A stretch of 64,000 nucleotides of DNA from Camelus ferus (GCF_009834535.1 NC_045697.1:99078001-99142000), one strand, 5' to 3'. Shown: positions 25,880 through 39,935, counted from the stretch's first letter. The notes: generated by a model from the letters alone, not told the origin. Made by a program: numbers and translations.

Positions 25880-26965
25880 TTCTTGTGACCCTCCCCTCTA
25901 GCCCTCCTCATCTCTAGGCAACTATTGATCTTCTTTTGTCACTATAGATTCATTTGCACTTCTCAGAATTTTATATAAACCTGTAGCGTAGTGCTTTTTT
26001 TTGAATCTTGCCTTTTTCATTCAGCATAATTATTCTGAGATTCATCCATGTTGTTTTGTTTATTAGTAGTTCATTCTTTTTCACTATTGAGTAGTATCCT
26101 GTTGTATGGATACGCCACAAAGTGTTTATTTACTCACTTGTTAATAGACATTTGTGTTAGGGTTCTCCAGAGGAGTTGAACCAATAGGGTACACACACAC
26201 ACCTTTTTTTTTTTTTTTTTTACATCTGTTTTAAGAAATTAGCTCATGTAATAGTTGGGGCTGGCAAGTCTGAAATTTACAGGGCAGGTTGGAAAGCTGG
26301 AAATTCCAACAGTTGATATTACAGTCCTGGGTCCAAAGGGAGGTAAAATCCTTTTCTCTTTGGGGGACCTTAGACTCTTTTTTAAGACCTTTAACTGAGT
26401 AGGTGGGACCCATCCACAGCATGGAGGGTAATCTGCTTTACTCAGACTCTGCTGATGTAAATGTTTATCACATCTAAAAAATACCTTCACAGCAACATCT
26501 AGACTGGTGTTTGACCAGATGCTAGCAAGTATTTGTATAGGCATATGATTTCATTTCTCTTAGGAAAATATCTAGTTGTGGAATGACTGAATCATGTAGT
26601 CAGTGTATATCTAACTAACAGATTCCTCCCAAATGGTTTTCCAAAGTGTTTGTACCTTTTTACATTCCCACCAGTAGAGTATGAGAACTCCAGTTGTTCT
26701 TGTATCCTCACCTTTTTCAGTTGGTGTGATGTCTTTTTAAATTTAAACATTTTAGGGGGAGGGTATAGCTCCATGGTAGAGTGCGCGCTTAGCATGCACA
26801 AGGTCCTGGATTCAATCTCCAGTACCTCCATTAAAATAATAAAGTAAAAAAACCTAATCCTCCCGACCAAATTGAGACGTTTCAATAGGTATGTTGTGGT
26901 ATCTAGCTGTGGTTTAAATTTGCATTTTACTAATGAATAATGATGTGCCATGTTTTTAATGTTCA
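25880..26965 (-). mobile_element. Old L1M fragment containing an MLT2-like LTR (about 26153-26520) and a SINE
   Basis: L1 motifs (ttcagcataattattctgagattcatccatgttg; tacattcccaccag) are split by tgtgttagggttctccagag...agactggtgtttgacca. Confidence 0.65.
26755..26863 (+). mobile_element. vic-1-like SINE about 120 nt upstream of exon 2
   Basis: gggggagggtatagctccatggtagagtgcgcgcttagcatgcacaaggtcctggattcaatctccagtacctcc. Confidence 0.8.
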
Positions 26966-26982
26966 TTCCTCTTTACTTGCAG

Positions 26983-27082
26983 GTTATTTTGCTTTGCAGG
27001 TAGGAAAGGCAAGATCAAAATACAAAGTTATACCCCCGGCAGTCTCTGGGTCACTGGAATTTGAGAGAATATTTCGTGCACA
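26983..27082 (+). CDS. MGST2: MGST2 exon 2 (100 nt, [34 protein letters not shown])
   Basis: Acceptor ctctttacttgcag|gtt; donor gcaca|gtgagt; contains EFERIFRA. Confidence 0.95.
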
Positions 27083-27557
27083 GTGAGTAATGCTTCTCCC
27101 TTCAGGGATATGTACCTGCCACATAAGCACAATTCCTAATTGGGGGAAAGATGTGCAGAGAAGGTATGCTGATAAAACAAACCACTCTTCACGGCCAAGA
27201 CCCTTATCGTGATCCTTGAGGCTTGAAGTAGTCAGCACATGGAGTTTCTACCCACCTATATTACAAATTCAGAGGGTACATTTACACAGAAAGCTGGGAT
27301 CTTAGAGGTGACTGCTCTATGTCTCTAAGCATGGCAGTTTGGTAAAAAAGCCTGGAGGGGGCCCCCTGAGAGTTCAGTAGCCTTACGTTGGATTTGTTAT
27401 GCTATCAGTTTTCCATCTGAAAGCGTTATCTCTTCCTCTCCACTTCAAAACAGAGATAGGTCAGTATCATCCTCTGCCCATGAACCATTTCCTAAAATCA
27501 GAAACCCAAAGAAATGAGAAAGCTTTCTATCTCGTATGTATTTGCATTGATAGTGGG

Positions 27558-27767
27558 TTTTTTTTTTGAAGTATTGTTGATTTCTAGTATGTTATTTCTG
27601 GTGTACAGCATAGTGATTCGGTTATACATATATATATATATATATGTACACACATTCTTTTTCATTATAGATTATTACAAGATATTGAATATAGTTCCCT
27701 GTGCTATACAGTAGGACCTTGTTGTTTATCTATTTTGTGTATAGTAGTTTGTATCTGCTATTCCCAA
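27558..27767 (-). mobile_element. L1 3' UTR fragment
   Basis: ggtgtacagcatagtgattc...attacaagatattgaatatagttccctgtgctatacagtaggacc. Confidence 0.75.
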
Positions 27768-28597
27768 TGTGTTCGTAGTGTTTTTGATCACCCTGTGCTC
27801 CTTGCCTTTTCAAATCCACACAGAATGTTTCAGTATAAATTTGCCTGCTGCAAGATGCTAGGCTTCCTTTGTATTTAATCTCCCAAACCAAGTGCTTTTA
27901 AAAACATTGCACATATCAACATTTATACATTGCTTAGTTCTTTCGTTAATACTTTGGGATTTTTCATCTTTGTTCATGAATGACGTTGGACTATAATTTT
28001 CCTTTTTTTTATAGTCCTTGCTCACTTTGATATCAAGATTATACTAGTCTCACAGAATGAATTAGAGAATTATTTTCTCAGAGAATTCTAATAAGATTGG
28101 AAGAGTGTGTTCCTTCAGAGTTGTTAGAATTTGCCTGTAAAATGATCTAGATTTGATGTTTTTCTTGTGAAAAAGTTTAAACTATGAGATTTGACTTCTT
28201 TAATGATTATGAAATTATTCAGGCTTTTTAATGTCTTGAATCAGCTTGGGTCTGTTGTGGCCCTTGAGCTGACAACATTGGTCTCTTGCTTATCGAATTG
28301 CTCTAAGGAGAATGGCACACACTATTCCCTAAGCTTGAAAGTATGAATACCACTGACAGTACAAGAGATAATTTTAAGAGGTGCATAGACATGCTTAAAT
28401 ATATTTTTTATGTGGTAAGAACATGTGACATGAGCTCTACCCTGTTAACTAAATTCTGAGTGTGTAATACATGACTGTTGACTAGAGGTGCAGTGTTTTA
28501 CAGCAGATCTCTAGAGCTTATTCATCTTACTCGACTGAAACACTATGTTCAAGATATGGTTTTAAACAAAAAGAAGAAAGAGAAAAAAAAGACCTAC

Positions 28598-29127
28598 AAA
28601 AGATTGCTTTGGCAGTTCGGGGTCTTTTATGGTTCCATATACATTTTGGAATTGTTTGTTCTGGTTCTGTGAAAAATGTCATGAGTATTTTGACAGGGGT
28701 TGCATTGGATCTGTAGATTGCTTTGGGTAGTATGGCCATTTTGATGATGTTGATTCTTCCAATCCAAGAGCACAAAATATCTTTCCATTTCTTTGTATCA
28801 TCTTCAGTTTTCTTCATCAATGTTTTAACAGTTTTCAGAGTATAGGTAACCTCCTTGGTTAAGTTTATTTCTAGGTATTTTGTTGTTTTTGATGCAGTGG
28901 AAATGTTTATGCCTGTTATAAAATTCTGGTTTTTGAAGTGAAAAAAAAGTGAATGAAGGGCTGCAAATGGCAAAATATCCTTCTTATGGGTGAGTTGTAT
29001 TCTATTACAGATATATGTTGCATCTTCTTTATCCATTCATCTATTGAGGTGCACTTAGGGTGCTTCCATATCTTGGCAATTATAAATAATGTTGCTATTA
29101 ATAGCAGGGTGTATGTATGTTTTTGAA
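28598..29127 (-). mobile_element. Two L1 ORF2 fragments embedded in old L1M sequence
   Basis: Peptide [26 protein letters not shown]; a second piece from the ORF2 3' end at about 28960-29127. Confidence 0.75.
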
Positions 29128-30779
29128 TTCTTATTTTGTGATTGGCTTTATTCCTTTGATAACTATGTAAGTTTAAAAACCTAAAGCTCTAAACGTTCTT
29201 AGAAACATTGAACAGTACATATATGTAAGTTTAAAAATATGTGCAGTATATTGTATATGTGTATTTATATGCAATATATTGTATATCTGCAGTCAGACTG
29301 TAACAATTCTACCTAATAAAACTGAAAAATGAAAAAAAGGTATTATTTTAAATAATATTGGACCCCATGATGAGAAATTCATTTCCAGTATCTTTGAATC
29401 TTTATGGTTATATTAAGTGGAAAGTATTGGTTTGGTGCCAATATGTCCCACACTCCAAAATTAATATTTATTTTTATTAGGGTAATCCATGTATGTAGTC
29501 TGAAAATAAAGTGAGATTATAAGCCTTATAACAACAAATAATTCTCCTGACCCCCAGTCCATCCCTAGAGATAACCCATGACATTCCTTTTGACTACTAC
29601 TTTTGGTATTTATTTCTGTATTTCTAAATACTATTGAGTTCACTGCTATTTATTGATTCACAAATTTTAGACATTATCATTTGACTTCCTTTTATGGAAG
29701 AATTTCATACTCCTCTGTTTCCTTTTTTCCTCACCTCATCCTTCCAGTAAAATTATATCACTTTGTTGAGCTAAACCCATAGCCAATGTTTATGTTATTG
29801 TGATTAAATAATGTTCAAAGCTGAATCAAGTGGTATACTATGATTAAATTTCCTTCTTGTATATTTTTTTGTTTTACCTGGGGTTAATAATTGCCTCTTT
29901 GTTTATTTGGTTGGTTAGTTTCTTTATGCTGCAATCTGGAGGTTGCTCTTTAGGTCTGTTATACGGTTGTCATCCTAGGACTTCCTGTTGACATCTTAGG
30001 AAGTTCCGTTATACTCTACTGATTTGGATCTCTTGTTTCCTGGATCTCATATCATCCTGTTTGTTGGTTTTTCTTTGTTTTGATGGAGTACACCCTCCAG
30101 ACACTTTCTGAGAGAAGGGGAATGTCAGGTTTTGGAATTTCTGAATATGTCTTAATTCTGCCTCACAGTTGATTCATGGCTTGGTTAGGCATTTCTACAG
30201 TAAAAATCCGTACCCTCAGAATTTTGAATACATTGTTTCATTATTATCTAATTTCCACTGATATTGTTGAGGTGTTCTGTTCTGATTCCTGATCCTTTGC
30301 TTGGAAACTGTAGAAGCTTTGGGATCTTCCCCTGATCGAGTGTCCTAAGATGTTATGGTGTTGTGTTTGCTCAGAGGTATTTTTCTTCGCTAAGCTGAAC
30401 CCTAGAAGTGGCTTTCTCAAAGTCTGAAAACTCATGTCCTTCTTTTCTAGAATATTTTAAAATACCCCTAAATTTTGTCTCCTTATTTTCTCTGTTCTTT
30501 CATTCTTAAAATATATATTAGTTGTAAGTTGACCTTCTGGATTGATCCTTTAGATTTATCTTGAGTTTTTCGTCTTCTTGGACTTTTGTTCTCTCTGGGA
30601 TTTCTTGAACCTCTAACCTCTTACTGATTTTTTAAAAAAAATTTCAGATGTGAATTTTAATTCCTAAGAATTTTTAATCCTTTGATTGTTCTTTAGTTCT
30701 TGTTGCTGCTGCTGTTATAGCATTCCTTTTTTGTCTCATGGATGCAATTTATTCTCTTATATCTGAGGATTTATATAAA

Positions 30780-30866
30780 TTTTTTTTAATGGAGGTACTG
30801 GTTATTGTACCTAAGACTTCAGGCATGCCAAGCACGCACTCTACCACTGAGTTATTTCTCTTCCCC
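30780..30866 (-). mobile_element. vic-1-like SINE (diverged)
   Basis: aatggaggtactggttattgtacctaagacttcaggcatgccaagcacgcactctaccactgag. Confidence 0.7.
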
Positions 30867-30951
30867 CAATGATACTGTTTTAAAAACAATCTTCCTTTAT
30901 CATCTCTTGTTTCTTCTAGGTTTCTTATTTTCCTCCTTTGGCCCTGTCTTT

Positions 30952-31827
30952 TTTTTTTTTTTTTTTTAATTTTTAAAATTGTTTTAAGTTGAAGTATAGT
31001 CAGTTACAATGTGTCAACTTCTGGTGTACAGCATAATGTCCCAGTCTTGCATGTATATATATACACATATATATATATATACACACACACACACATACAC
31101 ATTTGTTTTCATATTCTTTCATTAAAGGTTATTACAAGATATTGAATATAGTTCCATGTACTATACAGAAGAAATTTGTTTATCTTTCTATATATAGTGT
31201 TTAACATTTGCAAATCTCAAACTCCCAAATTGATCCCTTCCCACCTCCTTCCCCAATAACCATAAGTTTGTTTACTATGTCTGCAAGTCTGTTTTTTTTT
31301 TTGTAGCTAAGTTTATTAGTGTCTTCTTTCTTTCTTTATTCTTCCTTTTTTTTTTTCAGGTTTCACATATGGGTGATATCATATGGTATTTTTCTTTCTC
31401 TTTCTAGCTGACTTCACTTAGAATGACAATCTCCAGGTCCATTCATGTTGCTGCAAATGGCATTATTTTATACTTTTTTGTCACTAAGTAGTATTCCTTT
31501 GCATATATATACCACAACTTCTTTATCCAATCATCTGTTGATGGACATTTAGGTTGTTTCCATGTCTTGGCTTTTGTACATAGCACTGCTATGAACATTG
31601 GGGTGCATGTATCTTTTCAAATTAGTTCCCTCGGGATGTATGCCTAGGAGTGGAATTGCTGGATCATATGGTAAATCTGTTTTTAGTTTTTTGAGGAATC
31701 TCCATAGTGTTTTCCATATGGCTGCACCAAACTACATTCCCACCAGCAGTGTAAGAGCGTTCCCTTTTCTCCACACTGTCTCCAGCATTTATCATTTGTG
31801 GACTTTTTACTGATGGCCATTCTGACT
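30952..31827 (-). mobile_element. 5'-truncated L1 with a perfect 18-bp TSD
   Basis: tcctttggccctgtcttt at 30934-30951 and 31828-31845; poly-T tail at the left end. Confidence 0.92.
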
Positions 31828-31849
31828 TCCTTTGGCCCTGTCTTTAATT

Positions 31850-33110
31850 TTTATTTATTATTCACCCATTAAATATTTTCTGAGTACCTCTACATATTAG
31901 GCATTGTTCTGGTAGCTTGGGATATAGTAGTGGATGACTCAACAAAGATCCTTGCCCTCTTCAAGTTTACCTTATAGCCAGGGAAGACAGGCAATGAACA
32001 AAAAGCAGATAATACCATAAGAAAATAATACTCTATGTAAGGGGGTAGTAAGTGTTAAGAAATACCAGAAAAAGGAAAGCATTTGAGGGGATGTGGGGTG
32101 GCTTGTAATTTGAATGGGGATAGTCAGTGTGGGCTCCACTGAGAAGGTGGCACTTGAGCAAAAATTTGAAGCAGGTGAAGGAGTTAGCTATGTGGACATG
32201 CAGGACAGTTGCTCTTGAGACAGAAGAAATAGCCTTGTGAGTTCTCAAGAAGTTAGTGTGGCAGAGAGAGGAAGCCAGCAGAGTGATGGGAGGGACAGTC
32301 AGAAACGTAATGGATGGTCAGATCAGGCAGGGCCTTGAAGGCCATTGTGAGGACTCTGGCTTTTTCTCTGACTGAAATGGAAATTCATTACAGGATTTTA
32401 AGCAGAGGAATAACATGATCTTATATTTTAAATGGCTCACTTTATCTGTTTTGCTGAGAATAGTCTGTAGGCATTGATAGAAGCAGAAAATTCAGTGAGG
32501 AAGCTACTGCAAAAACTCAGGCAAGGGATGATAGTGACTTGAACCAGGAAAGTAGCAGTAGAGATGATGAAATGTGGCAGATTCTGGATATATTTTGAGG
32601 GTAGAGCCAATAGGATTCCCTGAAATAATAAATACGGAGGGTGAGAAGAGTTAAGAACAACTTCCAGATTTTTGGCCTGAGCATTTTGAAGGATGGAATT
32701 GTGATTAACTGAGTCAGAGAAGGCTGCAGGAGGAGCAGTTTTGGGGGGGGGGGAAGATCAGGAGATATGACTTATGGTACAGCTAAGGAGAAGCTTTAAA
32801 CATTATGCTCTCCTAAGCAATTTGGATCATTTGTTACTGCATCGTAAACTTTCTAACACATTTTGGCTTACACAGCCAGGCAGAGATAGAGAGTAGACAG
32901 TTGTATATACTAATCTGCATTTTAGCAGAGAGATCTGAGCTGAAAATATAAATTCGTAAGTCATTGGCACATGGAGATGATTTAAAGCCATGAGACTGGA
33001 TGAAATCTTTAAGGGAGTGGGTGTAGGTAAAGACAAGGAGAGGACCAAGGACTGAACCTGGGGCCCTCTAGCCTTATGAGGCCAAGAAAACAAAGGTCCA
33101 GCAAGGAGAT
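31850..33110 (-). mobile_element. L2 element
   Basis: ttattcacccattaaatattttctgagtacct...cattgttct...ggattttaagcagaggaataacatgatc...gattctggatatattttgagggtagagccaatagga. Confidence 0.75.
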
Positions 33111-34122
33111 CTGAGCAAAAGAGATTCTGGAAGCCTTACTCAAATGTCAGGTCATTCTTGATTGGCTGTCTATGCAATCTAAGAAAGAGACACTAGGTAG
33201 TGAACTGGGAGCTCCATGTGGTGGGCAGGGCTTACTGGGTGGGCAGCTTCATAAAAGGGTGATGGATTAGGAGGCAGCTGTCTTCTGGGGGGACCCCAAA
33301 CGTCAGTATCTGTAGGTCATCTTTCTGGGACCATTTCTCTAGAAAACGCCCTTAACCCTTCTACAAGGGAGGAGAGAGTGAGTGGTGATGGAGAAGGGTA
33401 GGTATCATAGGCCTGACTTACAGTAGTCTGACAATGCGGTGGGTGAAGGAAGGAAAATTCTTCCACTGTGCAGTATGTGGATTTGTTCAGTACAGAATTT
33501 TACCCCCACCCTCCACTGGTCCTGGAGCTCTCAGAGATTCTCTGGTTCAGTTTCTCCAAACAATAATCCCCCCATTTCCTATGATGGAGGAATAGGGATG
33601 GGGCTCAGGGGTGGAGTGGAGCCAAAGCCCTCCTTATACTGTCTTTCAGCAACTCTTCGTATCAGGCATTGGTCCTCCAAGGGGCCTGGGCCCCCGCTTC
33701 CTGAGCCTCTTGGGTTCTGGGATAAGTACTGTCTCAGTCTTGGTTTGTTCTTCCTCCTGCGGGCACTTTGGTTTAGTTTTCTGCGCTCTATCAATTCAGC
33801 TACTGTTCACCACGTGCTGGCTTTCCTTAAGAACTTTGTTACCATCTCTCTTCCACTGCTGTGTCTGCTCCCATTTCCCTTGTTCTTGAAAACTTTGTAT
33901 CTATTTTTTATTCCTTTATTGGCATTTTAGTGAAGCTTTGGGAGGGAGAAAAAATAAACATGGATTTATTTTGCTACGTTTAGCTGGAAGTCCTCAATGT
34001 ATTCTTGACACCTCTTGGACCCCATTTCCCCCACTCAGCAGAGGAAGGATCTCCTGCTCAGAGCCTTCAATCATCATTAACATCTAATGAGAATCTGACA
34101 ATTTTTGTTTTTATGGAATTTT

Positions 34123-37100
34123 GGGGGTTTATTTATTTATTTATTGAAGTATAGTCTGTTTACAATGTTGTGTCAACTTCTGGCGTACAGCATAATGCCT
34201 CAGTCATACGTGAACATACACATACTCGTTTTCATATTCCTTTTCACTGTAAGTTACTGCAAGATATTGAATATAGTACAGTATGAACTTGTTTATCAAT
34301 TTTATATATATATATATGTTAGTATCTGCAAATCTTGAGCTCCCAATTTATCCATTCCCACCCCCTTCCCCGCTGGTAACCGTAAGTTTGTTTTCTGTGT
34401 CTGTGAGTCTGTTTCTGTTTTGTAAAAAACTTTATCTTTTTTTTTTTTTTTTTTTTTTAGAGTCCACATGTAAGTAATATGGTATGGTATTTTTCTTTCT
34501 CTTTCTGGCTTACTTCACTTAGAATGACAATCTCCAGGTCCATCCATGTTTCTGCAAATGGCATTATTTTATTATTATTTTTTTACAGCTCAGTAGTATT
34601 CCATTGTATAAATATACCACAAATCTTTTTTTTAAACATTTTTTATTGAGTTATAGTCATTTTACAATGTTGTGTCAAATTCCAATGTAAAGCACAATTT
34701 TTCAGTTATATACGAACATATATATATATTTATTGTCACATTTTTTTTTTGCTGAGAGCTACCACAAAATCTTGTATATATTTCCCTGTGCTATACAGTA
34801 TAATCTTGTTTATCTGCTCTACATTTTGAAATCCCACTCTGTCCCTTCCCACCCCCCGCCCCCTTGGCAACCACAAGTTTGTATTCTATGTCTATGAGTC
34901 TGTTTCTGTTTTGTATTATGTTTTGTTTTGTTTTTGGATTCCACATATGAGTGATCTCATATGGTATTTTTCTTTCTCTTTCTGGCTTACTTCACTTAGA
35001 ATGACATTCTCCAGGAGTATCCATGTTGCTGCAAATGGTGTTATGTTGTCAGCTTTTATGGCTGAGTAGTATTCCATTGTATAAATATACCACAGCTTCT
35101 TTACCCAGTCATCCATTGATGGACATTTAGGCTGTTTCCATGTCTTGGCTATTGTAAATAGTGCTGCTGTGAACATTGGGGTGCAGGTGTCATCCTGAAG
35201 TAGGGTTCCTTCTGGATATATGCTCAGGAGTGGGATTCCTGGGTCATATGGTAAGTCTATTCCTAGTCTTTTGAGGAATCTCCATGCTGTTTTCCACAGT
35301 GGCTGCACCAAACTGCATTCCCACCAGCAGTGTAGGAGGGTTCCCCTTTCTCCACAGCCTCTCCAGCATTTGTCATTTGTGGATTTTTGAATGTTGGCCA
35401 TTCTGACTGGTGTGAGGTGGTACCTCATTGTAGTTTTGATTTGCATTTCTCTGATAATTAGTGATACTGAGCATTTTTTCATGTGTCTATTGATCATTTG
35501 TATGTCTTCCTTGGAGAATTGCTTGTTTAGGTCTTTTGCCCATTTTTGGATTGAGTTTTTTGGTTGCTTCTCATTAAGTCGTAGGAGCTGCTTATATATT
35601 CTGGAGATCAAGCCTTTGTCAGTTTCATTTGCAAAAATTTTTCCCATTCCGTAGGTTGTATTTTTGTTTTACTTATGGTTTCCTTTGCTGTGCAGAAGCT
35701 TTTAAGTTTCATTAGGTCCCATTTGTTTATTCTTTTATTTCTATTGCTTGAGTAGACTGTTCTAGGAGAACATTTTTGAGATGTACGTCAGATAATGTTT
35801 TGCCTATATTTTCTTCTAGGTTTATTGTGTCTTGTCTTATGTTTAAGTCTTTGATCCATTTTGAGTTTATTTTTGTGTATGGTGTAAGGGAGTGTTCTAG
35901 CTTCATTGCTTTACATGCTGCTCTCCAGTTTTCCCAACACCATTTGCTGAAGAGACTGTCTTTATTCCACTGTATATTCTTGCCTCCTTTGTCGAAGATA
36001 AGTTGACCAAAAGTTTGTGGGTTCATTTCTGGGCTCTCTATTCTGTTCCATTGGTCTATATGTCTGTTTTTGTACCAATACCATGCTGTCTTGATGACTG
36101 TGGCTCTATAGTATTGTCTGAAGTCTGGGAGAGTTAGTCCTCTAGCCTCTTTCTTTCTCTCCAGTAATGCTTTGGCAATTTTTAGGTCTTTTGTGGTTCC
36201 ATATAAATTTTATTATGATTTGTTCTAGTTCTGTGAAATATGTCCTGGGTAATTTGATAGGGATTGCATTAAATCTGTAGATTTCCTTGGGCAGTGTGAC
36301 CATTTTAACAATATTGATTCTTCCAATCCAGGAGCATGGGATATCTTTCCGTTTTTTAAAGTCGTCTTTAATTTCCTTCATCAATGGTTTATAGTTTTCT
36401 GTGTATAATTCTTTCACCTCCTTGGTTAGAGTTATTCCTAGGTATTTTATTACTTTGGGTGCTATTTTAAAGGGGATTGTTTCTTTATTTTCTTTTTCTG
36501 TTGATTCATCGTTAGTGTAAAGAAATGCAACTGATTTTTGAACGTTAATCTTGTAACCTGCTACCTTGCTGAATTCTTCAATCAGCTCTAGTAGTTTTTG
36601 TGTGGACCTTTTAGGGTTTTCTATATATAGTAACATGTCATCGGCATATAGTGACACTTTTACCTCTTCTTTCCCATTGAATCCCTTTTATTTCTCTCTC
36701 TTGCCTGACTGCTGTGGCTAGGACTTCCAAGACTATGTTGAATAGGAGTGGTGATAGTGGGCAGCCTTGTCTTGTCCCAGATTTTAGTGGGAAGCTTTTG
36801 AGTTTTTCACCATTGAGTACTATGCTGGCCGTAGGTTTGTCATATATAGCTTTTATGATGTTGAGATATGTTCCCTCTATACCCACTTTGGTGAAAGTTT
36901 TTATCATAAATGGGTGTTCACAACATCTTTATCCAGTCATCTGTTGATGGACATTTAGGTTGTTTCCATGTATTGGCCATTGTAAATGGTGCTGCTATGA
37001 ACATTGGGGTGTGTGTATCTTTTTGAATTAAGGTTCCCTCTGGATATATACCCAGGAATGGGATTGCTGGATAATATGGTAAGTCTATTTTTGGCTTTTG

Positions 37101-39935
37101 AGGGGTCTCCACATTGTTTTCCGTAATGACTGCGCCAAACTACATTCCCATCAATAGTGTAGGAGAGTTCCTTTTTCTCCACACCCTCTCCAGCATTTAT
37201 TGTTTGTAGACTTTTGAATGATGGCCATTCTGACTGGTGTGACGTGATACCTCATTATAATTTTGATTTGTATTTCTCTGATAATTAGCGATATTGAGCC
37301 TTTTTTCATGGGCCTGTTGGCCATTTGTATGTCTTTGTTGGAGAATTGCTTGTTTAAGTCTTCTGCCCATTTTTGGATTGGGTTGTTTGGGATTTTTTGT
37401 TGTTGTTGTTGTTAGTAGGTTGTATGAGTTGTTTGTATATTCTGGAAATTAAGCCCTTGTCAGTCTCATCTTTTGCAACTATTTTCTCTCCATTCTGTAG
37501 GTTGTCTTTTTGTTTTGCTTATGGTTTCCTTTACTATGCAAAAGCTTATAAGTTTAATTAGATCCCATTTGTTAATTTTTGCTTTTATTTCTGTTGCCTG
37601 GGTAGACTGCCATAGGAGAACATTGCTAAGATTTATGTCAGAGAATGTTTTGCCTTTGTTTTCTTCTAAGATTTATAGTGTCTTGTCTTATGTTTAAATC
37701 TTTAAGCTAATTTAAATTTATTTTTGTGTATGGTGTGAGGGACTGTTCTAACTTCATTGATTAATGTACAGCTGTCCAGTTATCCCATCACCGCTTGCTG
37801 TCTTTACTTCCTTGCATGTTCTTGCCTCCTTTGTCAAAGATTAATTGGCCAAAAGTTTATGGGTTTATTTCTGGGCTGTTTATTCTGTTCCATTGATCCA
37901 TTATATCTGTTTTTGTGCCAATACCATGCTGTTTTGATTACTGTAGCTCTGTAGTATTGTCTGAAGTCTGGGAGGGTTATTCCTCTAGCTTTGTTCTTTT
38001 TCTTCAATATTGCTTTGGCAATTCTGGGTCTTTCATAATTCCATATAAATTTTAGGATTATTTGTTCTAGTTCTGTGAATAATGTCCTAGGTAATTTGAT
38101 AGGGATTGTGTTAAATCTGTAGACTGCTTTGGGAAGTATGGCCATTTTAACAATATTAATTCTTCCAATCCAAGAGCAGGTGATATCTTTCAATTTCTCT
38201 AAGTCATCCTTAATTTCCTTAGTCATTGTTTTGTAGTTCTCCACATATATGTCTTGCACTTCTTTGGTCAGATTTATTCCTAAGTATTGTATTGTTTTGG
38301 ATGCAATTTTAAAAGGGATTGTTTCTTTACTTTCCTTTTCGGATACTTCGTTGTTAGTATAAAGAAATCCAACTGATTTCTGTATGTTAATCTTGTATCA
38401 TGCTACCTTACCAAATTCTTTTATCACCTCTCTTAATTTTTGTGTGGAGCCTTTAGGGTTTTCTATATATAGTATCATGTCATCTACATATAATGACAAT
38501 TTTACCTCTTCTCTTCCAATTTGGATCCCTTTTATCTCTTTTTCTTGCCTGATTGCTGTGGCTAGGCCTTCCAAGACTATGTTGAGTACAAGTGGTAAGA
38601 GCAGGTATCCTTGTCTTGTTCCAGATTTTAGTGGGAAGGCTTTCAGCTTTGCCATTTCTGATATTATGCTGCTGTAAGTTTGTCATAAGTAGCTTATATT
38701 ACGTTGAGATTTGTTTCCTCCATACCCACTTTGGTTAGAGTTTTTATCATAAATGGGTGTGGAATTTTATCAAATGCTTTTTCTGCATCTATTGAGATGA
38801 TCGTGTGATTTTTGTCTTTTCTCTTGTTGAAGTGGGGTATCACATTGATTAATTTGCATATGTTGAACTATCCTTATGTTCCTGGGATGAACCCAACTTG
38901 ATCATAATGTATAATCTTTTTTATGTGTTGTTGGATTGTTTGCTAATATTTTGTTGAGGATATTTGCATCTGTCTTCATCAACAATATTGGCCTATGGTT
39001 TTCTTTTTTGGTCATGTCTTTGTCTGGGTTTGGTATCAGGGTGATGGTGGCTTCATAGAATAAGTTTGGGAGTATTCCCCCCTCTTAAATCTTTTGGAAG
39101 AGTTTGAGAAGAATCGGTTTGAGTTCTTCTTTGTATATTTGATATAATTCCCCAGTGAAGCCATCTGGTCCTGGACTTTTGTTTGCAGGGAGGTTTTTTT
39201 TTTTTTTATTGCTGCTTCTATTTCACTTCTAGTGATTGGTGTGTTTAAATGATTTATTTCTTCTTGATTCAGTTTTTGTGGACCATATATTTCTAGAAAC
39301 TTGTCCATTTCTTCTAGGTTGTTCAATTTATTGCCACATAGTTGTTCACAGTATTCTCTTATTTTTTGTATTTTTGTGGAGTTGGTTGTAATTTCTCCAG
39401 TTTCATTTCTTATTTTATTTGTGTCCTCTCTTTTTTCTTCTTTGTGAACCTGGCCATAGGTTTGTCAATTTTGGTTATTCTTTCAAAAAACCAGCTCTTG
39501 GTTTGATTGATTTTTTCCCCCTATTTTTAAATCTCTATTCCCTCCTGATCCTTCTGCTGACTTTCGGTTTTGCTTGCCCTTCTTTTTGTAATTCTTTTAG
39601 GTGGTAGGTTAGGTTGTTTATTTGAGATTGTTCTTGTTTTTTAAGGAAGGCCTTATCACTGTGAACTTCCCTCTTAGGACTGCTTTTGATGCATCCCATA
39701 GATTTTGTGTGGTTGTGTTTTCATTGTTGTGTGTCTCAAGGTATTTTTTAATTTCTTCTTTGATTTCATCATTGACCCATCGGTTTTTTAGTTGCATGTT
39801 TTTTAGTTTCCATGCTGTCATTTTTTTCTCACTTGCTTTTCTATGATTGATTTCTAGTTTCATGCCATTGTGGTCAGAGAAGATGCTTGAAATAATTTCT
39901 ATCCTCTTAAATTGGTTGAGGTTTCTTTTGTGCCC
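34123..39935 (-). mobile_element. 5'-truncated, decayed L1 (ORF2 and 3' UTR) hosting a younger nested L1
   Basis: RT-domain peptides ([35 protein letters not shown]); TSD atggaatttt at 34113-34122 and 39939-39948. Confidence 0.9.
34629..36918 (-). mobile_element. Younger 5'-truncated L1 nested in the 3' end of the previous L1
   Basis: 243-aa and 171-aa ORF2 pieces including YADD; TSD cacaaatcttt (34618) and cacaacatcttt (36919). Confidence 0.9.

Noticed and set aside
26983..27000. Second ttgcag|gt site 17 nt into exon 2 as a way to rescue the frame
   Set aside because: Used as acceptor (83-nt exon) or as donor (17-nt exon), it does not restore the exon 4-5 frame together with the 72-nt exon 3.
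33439..33930. 163-aa hydrophobic ORF
   Set aside because: Non-ATG start; T-rich composition explains the hydrophobicity; no homology recognised.
34916..36907. Long ORFs (243, 171, 99, 89 aa) with a reverse transcriptase YADD motif
   Set aside because: Frameshifted pieces of a 5'-truncated L1 ORF2, not a host gene or an active element.
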